Of a stretch of DNA of 64,000 nt, positions 32,794-44,320 are shown piece by piece. The notes beneath the pieces were generated by a model. It made no database searches. It was not told the DNA's origin and worked only from the letters and a program-made list of their open reading frames with translations. The DNA is from Candidatus Bathyarchaeota archaeon (GTDB lineage Archaea; Thermoproteota; Bathyarchaeia; TCS64): NCBI GenBank assembly GCA_043826455.1, contig JBDRQD010000036.1:1-64000 (forward strand), given 5' to 3'. The number at the start of each line of letters is the position of its first letter. Position 1 is the stretch's first letter. The position numbers were made by a program, and so were the translations under genes.

Positions 32794-34974
32794 ATGGAAA
32801 AGATCACACTCAGAGTAGCGGAGGCCCCGTCGAACCTAGTCGGCAGAGGCATAGCCGTAGTAGACCCCAAGATCATACAGGAGAACGGGTGGCAGTCCGG
32901 CGAGGTGCTGGAGATCACCGGCTCCCAGAAGACCTACGCCAAGGTCTGGCCCGGCCAGACGGCCGAGTACGGCAAAGGCCTCATCAGGGTCGACGGCCTC
33001 ACCAGGAACAACGCCGGCGTAGGCATAGACGACAGGGTCACCGTGAGGCGGGCTGAGGCCCGACCAGCCACACAGCTCACCCTGTACCCCACGGAGCCCC
33101 TGCGCATCGTTGGCGGGGAACGGTACCTGGCCCAGCTCCTGGAAGGCAGGGTCATCAGCCAGGGCACGGTCATCACCATCAACATAATGGGCCGCAGGGT
33201 GGACCTGGTGGTCACCCAGGCCCAGCCGAGGGCCGACGTCGTCATAGTGAACCAGGGCACCCAGATAGTGTTCACAGACAAGGCGCCCCGGCAGGCCATG
33301 GGCAACATACCCAAGGTCAGCTACGAGGACATAGGCGGCCTGGACAGGGAGATAGCCAAGGTCAGGGAGATGATAGAGCTACCCCTGAAGCACCCGGAGC
33401 TCTTCGAGCGCCTCGGCGTTGAGGCCCCCAAGGGCGTGCTGCTGCACGGCCCCCCGGGCACAGGCAAAACCCTGCTGGCCAAGGCGGTGGCCAACGAGAC
33501 CAACGCCAGCTTCTACCACATAGGCGGCCCCGAGATCATGAGCAAGTTCTACGGCGAGTCCGAGGAGAGGCTCAGGGAGATATTCAAGGAGGCCCAGGAG
33601 AACGCCCCCAGCATCATATTCATAGACGAGATCGACAGCATAGCGCCGAAGCGTGAGGAGGTCTCGGGCGACGTGGAGAAGCGCATCGTCTCGCAGCTCC
33701 TCACCATCATGGACGGCCTGGAGAGCCGCGGCAAGATAGTGGTCATAGGAGCCACCAACAGGGTCAACGCCCTGGACCCGGCCCTCAGGAGGCCCGGCCG
33801 CTTCGACAGGGAGATCGAGATCGGGCTGCCCGACAGGACTGGCAGGCTGCAGGTGCTCCACATCCACACCAGGGGCATGCCCCTCTCAGAGGACGTGAAG
33901 CTGGAGGCCATCGCCGACAGGACCCACGGCTTCGTGGGCGCCGACCTGGAGGCACTGGCCAAGGAGGCCGCCATGGGCGCCCTGCGGCGGGTGCTCCCGG
34001 AGATCAACATGGAGGAGAGCAGCGTCCCCGCCGAGATACTGGACAAGATAGACGTCACCATGAAGGACTTCTGGGACGCCCTCCGCGAGGTGCCGCCCAG
34101 CACCCTGAGGGAGGTCCTGGTGGAGAACCCCAACGTGAAGTGGGAGGACGTGGGAGGCCTGGAGGAGGCTAAGGCTGAGCTCAGGCAGGCCGTGGAGTGG
34201 CCCCTCAAGTACAGGGCCGTCTTCGAGTACGCGGAAGTGAAGCCCCCTAAGGGCATAATGCTCTACGGTCCCCCCGGCACGGGCAAGACGCTGCTGGCCA
34301 AGGCCGTGGCCACGGAGAGTGAGGTGAACTTCATCAGCGTCAAGGGCCCCGAGCTCCTCAGCAAGTGGGTGGGCGAGTCCGAGAGAGGCGTCAGGGAGGT
34401 CTTCAGGAAGGCCAGGCAGGCGGCCCCCTGCATCATCTTCTTCGACGAGATAGACAGCATAGTGCCCCCCCGAGGAAGGGACCTGGGCACCAACGTCACC
34501 GAGCGGGTGGTCAGCCAGATACTCAGTGAGCTGGACGGCTTGGACGCCCTGAAGGACGTGGTGGTGGTCGCGGCCACCAACAGGCCCGACATGGTTGACC
34601 CGGCTCTCATGCGGCCCGGCAGGATCGACAGGATGCTGTACATCCCTGAGCCGGACCTGGAGGCGCGGAAGGCCATCATCAGGATACACACGCGGGGCAA
34701 GCCCCTCGGCCCGGACCTGGACATTGACAGGCTGGCCGAGCAGATGGAGGGCTACAACGGGGCTGACATAGCTGCGACGTGCAGCGCGGCCAGCATGGCG
34801 GCCATCAACGAGCATCTGTCCAAGTACGGGGACCCCGAGGAGGCCGCGGAGCACAAGGGTGAGCTGGTAGTCACCATGAGCCACTTTACGAGGGCCTTCG
34901 AGAAGGTGAAGACCAGCAGCTACCAGAGGGCCACCATATACTGGGACGGCCAGAAGAGCAGCAACGTCGTCTAA
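32794..34974 (+). CDS. cdc48: CDC48/VAT family AAA+ ATPase
   Basis: N-domain plus two AAA modules (GPPGTGKT x2, IFIDEID/FFDEID, RPGRFD). Confidence 0.97.
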   Translation: MEKITLRVAEAPSNLVGRGIAVVDPKIIQENGWQSGEVLEITGSQKTYAKVWPGQTAEYGKGLIRVDGLTRNNAGVGIDDRVTVRRAEARPATQLTLYPTEPLRIVGGERYLAQLLEGRVISQGTVITINIMGRRVDLVVTQAQPRADVVIVNQGTQIVFTDKAPRQAMGNIPKVSYEDIGGLDREIAKVREMIELPLKHPELFERLGVEAPKGVLLHGPPGTGKTLLAKAVANETNASFYHIGGPEIMSKFYGESEERLREIFKEAQENAPSIIFIDEIDSIAPKREEVSGDVEKRIVSQLLTIMDGLESRGKIVVIGATNRVNALDPALRRPGRFDREIEIGLPDRTGRLQVLHIHTRGMPLSEDVKLEAIADRTHGFVGADLEALAKEAAMGALRRVLPEINMEESSVPAEILDKIDVTMKDFWDALREVPPSTLREVLVENPNVKWEDVGGLEEAKAELRQAVEWPLKYRAVFEYAEVKPPKGIMLYGPPGTGKTLLAKAVATESEVNFISVKGPELLSKWVGESERGVREVFRKARQAAPCIIFFDEIDSIVPPRGRDLGTNVTERVVSQILSELDGLDALKDVVVVAATNRPDMVDPALMRPGRIDRMLYIPEPDLEARKAIIRIHTRGKPLGPDLDIDRLAEQMEGYNGADIAATCSAASMAAINEHLSKYGDPEEAAEHKGELVVTMSHFTRAFEKVKTSSYQRATIYWDGQKSSNVV

Positions 34975-35011
34975 GCCTGGGCTGGTTTCCAGCCTACTTC
35001 TTTTTTCGTTT

Positions 35012-35755
35012 CTACGCTAAGAGCAGTATCAGCAGAACCGACATCAGCCCAGTTAGGTAGACGCCGTCGAAGGTTCCCGCACCGCCGATGCTAACCACGG
35101 GACCGATACCGGCGACCCTCCCCAGGTTCAGTATGTCCGCCCCTATTAGGGCCCCCAGGGTTCCCCCGATGTAAGCGACTTGAGTGGCGCAGTGGATGGG
35201 GCTGAAGTAGTTTATGAGCACCATTATGAAGGCCGTCATGGTGGGCGGCCCCCACGCCGGGGTGGCTATGCCCAGGCCCTCCACTATCTGGGCGCTCTGA
35301 TATGTGGTCGTGGTGACCACCACCAGCACTATAACGGTCTTCACGTAGGTCATCAGAGGGTCCGGGGAGCAGGAGGGTATGGAGACCAGTAGCAGGTACA
35401 GGGATATGATGGCCGGTATTATGGCTCCCCCCACGTTGATCATGAGTAGGGTCCGCCTCCGGTCCATACCAACGTCGGGCACCATCCACTTGACTCCGAA
35501 GCTGTCCACCTGTTCCACGTAGGCCACGGGCTCATCGCTCTCAAGCACGGCCAGGGGTAGGTTTATCCAGCTACCCACCAGGCTGAGGAGGATGACGGCC
35601 CAGAAGTACTCCTGGGGTATCCCCACGGCCTCCACCAGCAGGCCCCTGAAGAAGCCTAGGAACCAGGAGGCCAGGGTGAACAGTAGGAAGAAGAGGAACC
35701 CCATATAGAGGAGGCTGAATGGCTTGTAGATCAGGCTCCGAACATTCTTGATCAT
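35012..35755 (-). CDS. DUF1614 family membrane protein
   Basis: INVGGAIIP, GTLGALIGADILNL, SIGGAGTFDG. Confidence 0.85.
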   Translation of the reverse strand: MIKNVRSLIYKPFSLLYMGFLFFLLFTLASWFLGFFRGLLVEAVGIPQEYFWAVILLSLVGSWINLPLAVLESDEPVAYVEQVDSFGVKWMVPDVGMDRRRTLLMINVGGAIIPAIISLYLLLVSIPSCSPDPLMTYVKTVIVLVVVTTTTYQSAQIVEGLGIATPAWGPPTMTAFIMVLINYFSPIHCATQVAYIGGTLGALIGADILNLGRVAGIGPVVSIGGAGTFDGVYLTGLMSVLLILLLA

Positions 35756-35862
35756 TCAGGGTAATATCCGCTTCAACACAGAAAAATGGTTCCCTTCGGT
35801 CCAAGTCCCCGCTGTGAGATAGGTATATTAGGTGTCTCAGTGTCAAAATAGCCGGTGTCAAC

Positions 35863-37641
35863 ATGCCGATGAGACAGCCCATAGTGTGCATGCTGGGCCA
35901 CGTGGACACTGGCAAGACCAGCCTCCTGGACAAGATCAGGGGCACGGCCGTCCAGCTCCGGGAGGCCGGGGGCCTCACCCAGCAGATAGGGGCCAGCTTC
36001 TTCCCCCTCGACACTCTGGTGGCCATAACCCAGCAGCTTGTGAAGAACTTCAAGGTCAACATAAAGGTGCCCGGGCTGCTCGTCGTAGACACCCCAGGCC
36101 ACGAGGCCTTCGCCAACCTCAGGAGCAGGGGCGGCAGCGTCGCGGACATAGCCATCCTGGTGGTGGACGTGATGCACGGCTTCGAGAACCAGACCTTCGA
36201 GAGCCTCAGTATCCTCAAGTCCAGGAAGGTGCCCTTCATTGTGGCCGCCAACAAGATAGACCGGATCGAGGGCTGGCGGTCCACCCAGAACGCGCCCTTC
36301 ATGGAGGCCTACAAGGCCCAGAATGAGTGGGTCCAGAGAGACATGGACGACAGGATATACAACATGATGGGCACCCTCAGCAGGGAGGGATTCAGCAGCG
36401 ACCGCTTCGACAGGGTCCGGGACTTCACCAAGAACATCGCCATAGTGCCTGTGAGCGCCAAGACCGGTGAGGGACTGGGGGATCTCCTGGCCGTCCTCAT
36501 CGGCCTCACCCAGCAGTTCCTGGAGACGAAGCTCCAGGTCACAGAGGGTCCAGCCTTGGGCACCGTCCTGGAGGTCCGGGAGGAGGTGGGTCTCGGCGTC
36601 ACCCTGAACGCCATCATCTACGACGGCGTCCTCAGGGCCGACGACACCATAGTCATAGGCGGCAAGGAGGGCCCCATATCCACCAAGATACGTGCCATCT
36701 TGGTCCCGCAGCCCCTGGACGAGATAAGGGACCCCCGGAAGAAGTTCAGCAGCATCACAGAGGCCCACGCGGCCGCGGGCATCAAGATAGCGGCCCCGGG
36801 AATCAACGACGCCATACCCGGCTCACCCCTGATAGCCGTGGGTGGCGAGATGACGGAGGAGAGGGCCCTGGAGGAGGTGGCCTCGGAGATTGACCGCCTC
36901 AGGATCCAGACCGACCACACGGGCATCATCCTCAAGACGGACACCCTGGGCAGCCTGGAGGCCATCGTGGAGAGCCTGAAGCAGAAGGGCGTGCCCATCA
37001 GGCTCGCCGACATAGGCGATGTCAGCCGCAGGGACATCATGGAGGCGCTGAGCGTCAAGCACGAGGAGCCCCTCTACGGGGCGGTGCTGGCCTTCAACGT
37101 GAAGCCCCTCCCTGACGCGGAGCAGGAGGCCCAGAACAACAAGATACCCATCTTCTGGAACGACATCATCTACAACCTCATGGACGAGTACGTCCGGTGG
37201 ATGGAGGCCGAGAGGGAGGCCAAGGCCCGGAAGGAGTTTGACCCCCTGGTGAAGCCGGGCAAGATAGATGTCATGGAGGGCTACGTGTTCCGGCGGGCCA
37301 AGCCCGCAATATTCGGGTCAACGGTCCTGGCAGGCCAGATCACCCCAAACGTTAACATGGTTAATAGCCAGGGGGAGCGACTGGGCAGGATAAGCCAGAT
37401 CCAGGACAGCGGGAAGGCCATACCCAGGGCCGACGCTGGCATGGAGGTGGCCGTAGCCATGCCCCAACCCATTTTAGGTAGACATATAAAAGAGCGTGAT
37501 GTCCTGTATGTGGACATTCCAGAGCGTGACGCCAAGCTGCTCCGCACCAAGTTCGCGGCCAGGCTCACGGAGACCGAGCTTCAGGCCCTCATGGAGTTGG
37601 TGGAGATGAAGCGCAGGACGGACGTGCTCTGGGCAGTGTAG
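35863..37641 (+). CDS. infB: translation initiation factor aIF5B (IF-2)
   Basis: GHVDTGKT, DTPGHEAF, NKID; no intein. Confidence 0.97.
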   Translation: MPMRQPIVCMLGHVDTGKTSLLDKIRGTAVQLREAGGLTQQIGASFFPLDTLVAITQQLVKNFKVNIKVPGLLVVDTPGHEAFANLRSRGGSVADIAILVVDVMHGFENQTFESLSILKSRKVPFIVAANKIDRIEGWRSTQNAPFMEAYKAQNEWVQRDMDDRIYNMMGTLSREGFSSDRFDRVRDFTKNIAIVPVSAKTGEGLGDLLAVLIGLTQQFLETKLQVTEGPALGTVLEVREEVGLGVTLNAIIYDGVLRADDTIVIGGKEGPISTKIRAILVPQPLDEIRDPRKKFSSITEAHAAAGIKIAAPGINDAIPGSPLIAVGGEMTEERALEEVASEIDRLRIQTDHTGIILKTDTLGSLEAIVESLKQKGVPIRLADIGDVSRRDIMEALSVKHEEPLYGAVLAFNVKPLPDAEQEAQNNKIPIFWNDIIYNLMDEYVRWMEAEREAKARKEFDPLVKPGKIDVMEGYVFRRAKPAIFGSTVLAGQITPNVNMVNSQGERLGRISQIQDSGKAIPRADAGMEVAVAMPQPILGRHIKERDVLYVDIPERDAKLLRTKFAARLTETELQALMELVEMKRRTDVLWAV

Positions 37642-37650
37642 GAGAGAAGA

Positions 37651-38067
37651 ATGATGCCGATACTCATCGTCTCGGACCCCGCCGCAGGGACAAGCCAGAG
37701 GGTAGAGATAGACTCAGCTAGGATGGGCCCCCTCGTAGGAACCAGGATAGGTCAGACCATCGACGGCTCACTGGCGGGGATGCAGGGATACAAGCTCAAG
37801 CTAACAGGCGGCACCGACAAGGACGGCATACCCATGCGCCCAGACGTCCACGGAAGCGCCAAGGCCAGGATAGTTCTCAGCGGAGGCGTGGGCTACACCC
37901 CCAAGAACAGGGGAGAGCAGAAACGCAAGGTAGTCCGCGGCAACACCGTCAGCCAGGAGACTACGTTCCTCAACTTCGTAGTGGCGGAGGCCCCCAAGGG
38001 CCGCAAGAAGAAGGAGGCCAAGGCTGAGGCCGAGGCCCCCGCCGAGGAGAAGCCTGCCCAGGAGTAG
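37651..38067 (+). CDS. rps6e: 30S ribosomal protein eS6
   Basis: LTGGTDKDGIPMRPDV, KRKVVRGN. Confidence 0.96.
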   Translation: MMPILIVSDPAAGTSQRVEIDSARMGPLVGTRIGQTIDGSLAGMQGYKLKLTGGTDKDGIPMRPDVHGSAKARIVLSGGVGYTPKNRGEQKRKVVRGNTVSQETTFLNFVVAEAPKGRKKKEAKAEAEAPAEEKPAQE

Positions 38068-38071
38068 GCCC

Positions 38072-38671
38072 CTACTCTTCTTCCTCTGAATTTTTACCCG
38101 TCAGAAGGCGCTTGAAGTCTTCCTCTCCCTCAGAGTAACCTGAGGCTATCACCACATCCCCGGCCATGAGCACGGTGTCAGGCCTGGGCCTTATCCACTT
38201 GTTGTCGCGGCGGATCACCAGGACCCACATGCCCGTCTCGTCGGCTATTGCGGCCTCCTTGATGGTCTTGCCCGCCACGGGCGAGTCGCCGCTCACGATC
38301 ACTCTCTCCACGGTCTCCTCGGCGTCCTGGATGACCATCTGGAGGATGGGGTGAGGCTCTATGCCCCTCAGCACCACCTCCGCGATCTCGGCGGCGGCGT
38401 CGGCGATCCTCTCGGTGACGTTACTCATCCTGATGATGCCCAAGAGGTCCCGGGGGTCCACCTCCTCCTCCGTGCGGCTCAGGGCCCTGCACTGAGCGTC
38501 TATGTGGAGCTGGTCCATCTGCTCCTCCAGGAGCTGCACCTCCTCTGCTAGGTACCTGCTGTTGAGTAGCACCGCCGAGTAGGCCAGGTCCATCATCATC
38601 TCGCTGGTGTTCTTCAGCTTCACCAGGTCCCGGGTGACCCGCTGCCAGTGCTCCATGTCGGCCTTACTCAA
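38072..38671 (-). CDS. PhoU + TrkA-C (RCK_C) domain protein
   Basis: LKNTSEMMMDLAYSA, ERIADAA, ETGMWVLVIRR. Confidence 0.85.
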   Translation of the reverse strand: MSKADMEHWQRVTRDLVKLKNTSEMMMDLAYSAVLLNSRYLAEEVQLLEEQMDQLHIDAQCRALSRTEEEVDPRDLLGIIRMSNVTERIADAAAEIAEVVLRGIEPHPILQMVIQDAEETVERVIVSGDSPVAGKTIKEAAIADETGMWVLVIRRDNKWIRPRPDTVLMAGDVVIASGYSEGEEDFKRLLTGKNSEEEE

Positions 38672-39266
38672 AGTCTTCCACCTCCCCCTTGGCCGCGGCC
38701 ACTAGGCTTTGCAGGCCCTCCTCGGTGCCCCTGGCCACCAGGATGTCTCCAGGCATCACCAGCTCCTTGTCTGGGTTGATGTGCCACACCTGGCCCCTGC
38801 GCACGGCTATGATGTCCACGCCAATCTCCGAGGCCAGGTCCAGGTCGTCCACGGTCTTGCCACATAGGAAGCTGGTGTCGCTGACCACCACCCTGCCCAG
38901 GTGCTCTTCGGCCCTCTGGAAGACCTCCCGGACGGCGGGGTGGACCCCTATGTCGTGGAGGACCAGGCTGGCTATGTCGGCTGCGGCGTCGCTGATGGCG
39001 TTGGTGAGGGACCCTATCTTGGCTACCCCCGCCAGGGTCTCGGCGTCGTGCCTGTCCCTGGCCGCCAGCATCAGGTTCATGTTGAGCAGGTAGACCAGGT
39101 CGTCCACCTTGGCCTCCAGCTCCATAACCTCCTCGGCCAGCTCCTTGTTGTGGAAGAGGGCCGCGCTGTAGGCCAGGTCTATCATGAGCTCTGAGATGTC
39201 CTTCATCTGTATGAGGGTCTCCCGCACGGGGGCGGGCCTGTACTCCGTCTTACGTATCTTTATCAT
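38664..39266 (-). CDS. PhoU + TrkA-C domain protein (tandem paralog)
   Basis: MKDISELMIDLAYSA, ISDAAADIA, IGVDIIAVRR. Confidence 0.85.
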   Translation of the reverse strand: MIKIRKTEYRPAPVRETLIQMKDISELMIDLAYSAALFHNKELAEEVMELEAKVDDLVYLLNMNLMLAARDRHDAETLAGVAKIGSLTNAISDAAADIASLVLHDIGVHPAVREVFQRAEEHLGRVVVSDTSFLCGKTVDDLDLASEIGVDIIAVRRGQVWHINPDKELVMPGDILVARGTEEGLQSLVAAAKGEVEDFE

Positions 39267-39363
39267 AGAAGTGGGTCAACCTGATCGGAGGAGGCATCTA
39301 CAACATGCACCCGGCGAATCACTATAGGAGTGCTGGGTCGGCTCTTAACCTTTACTGAGGGGC

Positions 39364-41367
39364 CTACTGTGGGTAGTGGATCTTGTAGATGAGGACGTAG
39401 CCGTTGGGAGAAGCGTAGGCTTGGGTGAAGTACTGGGGGTCGGTGGCGTGGTACATGAGCCTGGCTATGGTGGTCTCGTAGAAGAGGGGCTTCTCGGCGC
39501 CGTAGTTGGAGTAGTCCACGTAGTCGGCGATGTTGAAGCCCCCTATGAGCACCATCTGGGGCCACTTGCTGTTGTCGCCCAGGGGCCACTCCTGGTTGGG
39601 GTTGTTGGGGTTGAAGGTGAAGAACACCACTATGTAGTCGGCTCCGTACCTCCTCAGTATCTGTATGGACTCGTTCTGGGGCCTTATCATGATGTTGGCT
39701 ATGTTCTTGATCTGGTGCTCGCTCTGGGTGGCTCCGTCCGCCATGGTGGTCTTCTCGGCCATGGCTGCTATCCAGTAACCGTAGTCCCACCAGCTGCATA
39801 TCACCTCGTCGTCGCGTACGTTGTTCTTCATCCACTCCAGGGCTAGGGGCCAGTCGTTGGGGTACGCCCCGTTGAACATGTAGGGGATGGCGCTGCTGGC
39901 AAGACTGGTGGGGCCGTCGGCCGACGTGACCCCGCTCCATATGTTAGGGGTGAGGCTCAGGGTCACTAGGACGATGAAGGCTGCCCCCATGGTCTTGTTG
40001 ACGCCGAAGACGGTCCTCCTCTTCCTCTTGCCCCTGCTCTCCTCCTCCGGTACGGAGGCGCCTATGAAGGGTCTGGCGATCTCAACGAGGCCGTAGGCCC
40101 CCATGACGCATGCGGGGGCCGCCAGCACCTGGCTGAGCCTGGCCATGACGCCGGCGAAGTAGAGGGCCGTGAGGAAGAACACCGACGCGTAGATGTTCTT
40201 GTCGCTCTGGCTCTTGACGCTGAAGTATGTGCCCACAACGGCCAGGATGGTGATGGTGCCGAAGTCATTGAACAGGCTGGCCCAGGCTATCACCTTGTTC
40301 TCGGCCACCGACAGGTATAGGGCGTTGTCGGTGGAGGTGAAGGGGTTCAGCACCTTCAGGAACTTGTAGGTCATGGGTATCTCGATGCCCACGGCGGGTA
40401 GCAGGAACAGGGCCACGATGCCCAGGATGACCAGGCCTCCCGCCAGGTTGGCCACCATCTTGACGTCGATCCTGTCCCGGACGAACTGGTAGACCAGCAT
40501 CATGGGCACGAGGCCGAAGGCGGCCAGGTGGTCTATGGTCATCAGGGAGTTGGCGCCCAGCCTAGGCACGAAGATGACAATGAGGTACCCTACGCCTATG
40601 GTGAGGCAGTAGGAGACGAGGTGCCTGAACTGGAACCTCTCCGAGTACAGCATAATGAGCATGTAAAGAGCCAGAAGCCCTGTCATATACCTGGCCGCGC
40701 CCCAGGACGCGTACAGGTAGCCCAGGGAGAGGCCTGAGAGCACCCCGTAGGCGGCTCTGTGTTCCAGGGTTCTTGCCTCGTCCAGGGACCTGAGGAAGAA
40801 GAGGCTAATGGCCACCATGGCGAAGATGCCTATGTTCTCTGTGTCGTAGAACCCAAAGGTGGACCTGGCTATGAAGGCGGGGTTTATGGCCATGAAGAGG
40901 GCCGTGAAGAGGCCCGCGGCTCTGCCGCTCAACTCCTTTCCCAGGTAGTAGCTCAGTATGCATGTGAGGCATGCCATGAGTATGGGGAAGTATAGTCCGA
41001 CCGTGAAGACGGAGACGTCCAGGCCCACGGCGTTCGCCAGCATGTATACGAAGGCCCCTGAGAAGGGTATCCCGGGGTACGCTGAGGTGGCCACGTTCCT
41101 CCCCATGGGGTACCAGCTCATGGCGTCGTGCCACGTCCACCAGGACGCGAACCCGTTCTCGGCCACGTACTTGGTGGCCCTATACTGGAAGTCGGGGTCG
41201 TAGGCCGTGAAGTAGGCTCCGTACTGGAGGGGCTGGACCCTGATGAGGATGGCTATGACTATGATTATGGATAGGACGCCCACCTCCATGGCCCTGATCC
41301 TTGAGAGTCTAACCTTCTCTAGTATGTCCATCTGTGCGCCGCTGGCCGCTGGCTCGTTCTCTGTCAA
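39364..41367 (-). CDS. aglB: oligosaccharyltransferase AglB/STT3
   Basis: YDPDFQYR, GFYDTE, SVAEN, WWDYG; about 13 TM segments. Confidence 0.95.
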   Translation of the reverse strand: MTENEPAASGAQMDILEKVRLSRIRAMEVGVLSIIIVIAILIRVQPLQYGAYFTAYDPDFQYRATKYVAENGFASWWTWHDAMSWYPMGRNVATSAYPGIPFSGAFVYMLANAVGLDVSVFTVGLYFPILMACLTCILSYYLGKELSGRAAGLFTALFMAINPAFIARSTFGFYDTENIGIFAMVAISLFFLRSLDEARTLEHRAAYGVLSGLSLGYLYASWGAARYMTGLLALYMLIMLYSERFQFRHLVSYCLTIGVGYLIVIFVPRLGANSLMTIDHLAAFGLVPMMLVYQFVRDRIDVKMVANLAGGLVILGIVALFLLPAVGIEIPMTYKFLKVLNPFTSTDNALYLSVAENKVIAWASLFNDFGTITILAVVGTYFSVKSQSDKNIYASVFFLTALYFAGVMARLSQVLAAPACVMGAYGLVEIARPFIGASVPEEESRGKRKRRTVFGVNKTMGAAFIVLVTLSLTPNIWSGVTSADGPTSLASSAIPYMFNGAYPNDWPLALEWMKNNVRDDEVICSWWDYGYWIAAMAEKTTMADGATQSEHQIKNIANIMIRPQNESIQILRRYGADYIVVFFTFNPNNPNQEWPLGDNSKWPQMVLIGGFNIADYVDYSNYGAEKPLFYETTIARLMYHATDPQYFTQAYASPNGYVLIYKIHYPQ

Positions 41368-41439
41368 GTGTCTCGGACTCCGCTAACTAGGATATGCGAG
41401 GCTTTTATTTAAATTGCGATAACCATTCACCTGCTACAT

Positions 41440-42534
41440 ATGTTGCTGGGATTGATAATCAACCCCATAGCGGGGATGGGTGGCAGAGTGGGCCTGAAGG
41501 GAACGGACGGCGAGGACACCCTGAGGCTGGCAGTGGAGAGAGGGGCCGAGCCCAGGGCCTATGACAGGGCGCTCCAGGCACTGAAGCCTCTCAAATCCCT
41601 GGACGCGGAGTGGGTTACGTGGGGCGGGGACATGGGGGAAAGCCTCCTGGCTGAGCTGGGCTTCAACTACCAGGTCCTGGGGAACCCAACAGACGCCTTG
41701 ACGTCTGCTGAGGACACCAGGAGGGCGGCGGCCGCCATGGAGGAGGCCGGAGTATCCCTGCTTGTCTTCGTGGGGGGAGACGGCACCGCGGTGGACGTGG
41801 TGGAGGCCGTGGACATGAGGGTCCCGGTTCTGGGGGTGCCCTCGGGCGTCAAGATGTACAGCGCCGTCTTCGCGGCCACGCCCAGGGCCGCGGCGGAGCT
41901 CATCAAGGCTTATGTGGCGGGGGATGCGCCCCTGGCCGAGAGAGAGGTCATGGACATCGATGAGGAGGCTTACAGGGGTGGCAGGCTGGACGCGTCCCTC
42001 AGGGGCTACGTGAGGACCCCCTTCAAGGCGTCCCTGGTCCTAGGCGAGAAGGTGGCGGCCTCAGGCCTCGACGAGGAGGTGATGAAGGACAGCGTCGCGG
42101 AGAGGGTTATTGAGGACATGCGTCCCGGTGCCCTCTACATCCTGGGGCCTGGGTCCACGGTGAGCCGGGTGGCCGAGAGGCTTGGCCTGGAGAAGACGCT
42201 GCTGGGGGTGGACCTGGTCCTGGACGGAGAGCTGGTGGGGAGGGACGTGGACGAGGCAGCCATCCTGGATGGCCTGGTCGAGGAGAACTGGATCATCGTT
42301 AGCCCCCTGGGGGGCCAGGGCTCAGTGCTGGGCAGGGGCAACCAGCAGATAAGCCCCGAGGTGGTGAGGCGTGTCGGCCTGGACCACCTGGTCATAGTGT
42401 CCACGCCGGCGAAGCTGCAGGGCTTGAGGAGTCTGGCTGTGGACACGGGGGACCCGGACCTTGACCAGGAGATGAGGGGCTTCAGGAGGGTGGTGACCAG
42501 CCTCCACGAGTCCAGGCTCATGAGGGTGGCCTAG
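41440..42534 (+). CDS. ATP-NAD kinase family protein
   Basis: NPIAGMGG, GGDGTA, GVKMYS, GRGNQQ. Confidence 0.85.
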   Translation: MLLGLIINPIAGMGGRVGLKGTDGEDTLRLAVERGAEPRAYDRALQALKPLKSLDAEWVTWGGDMGESLLAELGFNYQVLGNPTDALTSAEDTRRAAAAMEEAGVSLLVFVGGDGTAVDVVEAVDMRVPVLGVPSGVKMYSAVFAATPRAAAELIKAYVAGDAPLAEREVMDIDEEAYRGGRLDASLRGYVRTPFKASLVLGEKVAASGLDEEVMKDSVAERVIEDMRPGALYILGPGSTVSRVAERLGLEKTLLGVDLVLDGELVGRDVDEAAILDGLVEENWIIVSPLGGQGSVLGRGNQQISPEVVRRVGLDHLVIVSTPAKLQGLRSLAVDTGDPDLDQEMRGFRRVVTSLHESRLMRVA

Positions 42535-42571
42535 GGATAGGCTTTTCCGTCGCAACGAGTCAGAAACTACG

Positions 42572-42898
42572 ATGAGCGTCCAGTGGTCGAACGAGTCCCT
42601 GGAACACGGGGATAGGGTCATCCACGGCGCCTTGACCGAGATGAGTAACGCCGTGCTGGCCGTCTTCTGGGTCGGGGACAAGCCCAGGCTGGGGACCCTG
42701 ACGGCCACGATGCCGGACGGGACCAGCAGCCCCATCATGGGGGAACGGGACGAGGTTCTATCCAAGATCATTGGGGGGCGGCTGGCCTCCGTGAGGGGCA
42801 AGCTAGCCTTGGTCTCGGTGAACCTTCCCCCGGACATGGAGGACGGCAGGCCGCTGATGGAGCTCACTAAGAGGTTGATGGGTGAAAGCGATGAGTGA
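42572..42898 (+). CDS. hypothetical protein (possibly proteasome-assembly-chaperone-like)
   Basis: ORF overlapping the ubiD start; RLGTLTATMP, LALVSVN; family guess is weak. Confidence 0.6.
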   Translation: MSVQWSNESLEHGDRVIHGALTEMSNAVLAVFWVGDKPRLGTLTATMPDGTSSPIMGERDEVLSKIIGGRLASVRGKLALVSVNLPPDMEDGRPLMELTKRLMGESDE

Positions 42899-44219
42899 CC
42901 TTCGAGGTTTCCTCAAGGAGATAGAGGATGATGTGGTTCGGATCAAGGAGCCGCTGTCGACGCGGTACGAGGTGGCCGCGGCCCTCAGCAAATGGGATGG
43001 AAACAAGATCGTGGCCGTGGACAAGGTCAAGGAGACGGGGACCCGGCTCGTGGGCAACGTTTGTGGAACCCGGAGACACATACTCAAGGCGCTGAATGTG
43101 GAGCCAGAGAAGCTTTACCCCCGCCTCATCGAGGCCACCAAGAACCCCCAGAAATGCAGTGGCGGGGACGGACCCGTGAAGGAGGTGGTGGAGAAGGGCT
43201 CACTGAAGGACATCCCGGTGCTGACCCACTTCAAGGGGGACCCAGGGCCCTACATTACCTCAGGCATCGTCTACGTTAGGAGCCACGACGGCTCAATGGA
43301 GAACGTGAGCTTCCACAGGCTGCTGGTGCTGGATGAGAGGCGGATGGCCATAAGGATCGTGCCGCGCCACCTCTACAGATTGACTCAGATGGCAAAGAAG
43401 GCGGGGGTAAATAGTCTAGATGTGAGCGTAAGCATCGGGCTTCACCCCACAGTGATGCTGGCCGGGTCGCTGACAGCCCCCTTCGGCGTCAGCGAGTTCG
43501 ACGTAGTCAACAACCTCCTCGGAGGAAAACTGAAGCTAACTGAGTGCGAGCACGTGGAGGCTCTGGCTCCCGCGGACGCCGAGCTGGTGCTGGAGGGCAA
43601 GCTGATGCTTGATAAGCAGGTGACGGAGGGGCCCTTCGTGGATCTGTCAGGCACCTTTGACGTTCAGAGGCAGCAGCCAATAATAGAGTTGGTGGGGGTC
43701 ATGCACCGTGAGGACTACATCTACCAGGGGCTGCTCCCCGCCGGCTCGGAGCACAGGCTCATGATGGGGATGCCCCAGGAGCCCCGCATCTGGGAGTATG
43801 TGAGGGGTGTGGTGCCCAACGTCCGGGGCGTCAACATGACCACCGGCGGCATGGGGTGGCTCCACTGCGTGGTGAGCTTCGAGAAGGTGCGGGACGGGGA
43901 CCCCAAGAACGTCTTGATGGCCATGTTCGCGGCTCACCCCAGCCTCAAGCACGCCGTGGTGGTGGACAGCGACATCGACCCCTTCGACATGGAGCAGGTG
44001 GAGTGGGCCATAGCCACCAGGTTCAGGGGAGACGAGGACCTGCTGGTGGTGCCCAACGTGAGGGTGTCGAGCCTGGACCCTGCCAGCGACCAGGAGAAGG
44101 AGCTGGGCTGCAAGGTGGGAGTGGACGCCACCAGGCCCCTGTACAAGGACCCTGAGGGCTTCAAACGGGCTGAGATCGTTGTCTCCGAGGAGCTCCGGAA
44201 GATACTGGACAAGTATTAA
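42891..44219 (+). CDS. UbiD family decarboxylase, probable trans-anhydromevalonate phosphate decarboxylase
   Basis: EGPFVD, VDSDIDPFD..VEWAIATR, SSLDP, GVDAT; adjacent to aconitase X genes. Confidence 0.9.
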   Translation: MSDLRGFLKEIEDDVVRIKEPLSTRYEVAAALSKWDGNKIVAVDKVKETGTRLVGNVCGTRRHILKALNVEPEKLYPRLIEATKNPQKCSGGDGPVKEVVEKGSLKDIPVLTHFKGDPGPYITSGIVYVRSHDGSMENVSFHRLLVLDERRMAIRIVPRHLYRLTQMAKKAGVNSLDVSVSIGLHPTVMLAGSLTAPFGVSEFDVVNNLLGGKLKLTECEHVEALAPADAELVLEGKLMLDKQVTEGPFVDLSGTFDVQRQQPIIELVGVMHREDYIYQGLLPAGSEHRLMMGMPQEPRIWEYVRGVVPNVRGVNMTTGGMGWLHCVVSFEKVRDGDPKNVLMAMFAAHPSLKHAVVVDSDIDPFDMEQVEWAIATRFRGDEDLLVVPNVRVSSLDPASDQEKELGCKVGVDATRPLYKDPEGFKRAEIVVSEELRKILDKY

Positions 44220-44320
44220 ATCTTCCACTTGGCCAAGTTTTTCTCCGCAACCTTCTCGAACTATCTCCCAGCGAGGTTCATGTGCTTTATATTCGCCGGG
44301 GAGCCTGTTTCACTGATTTC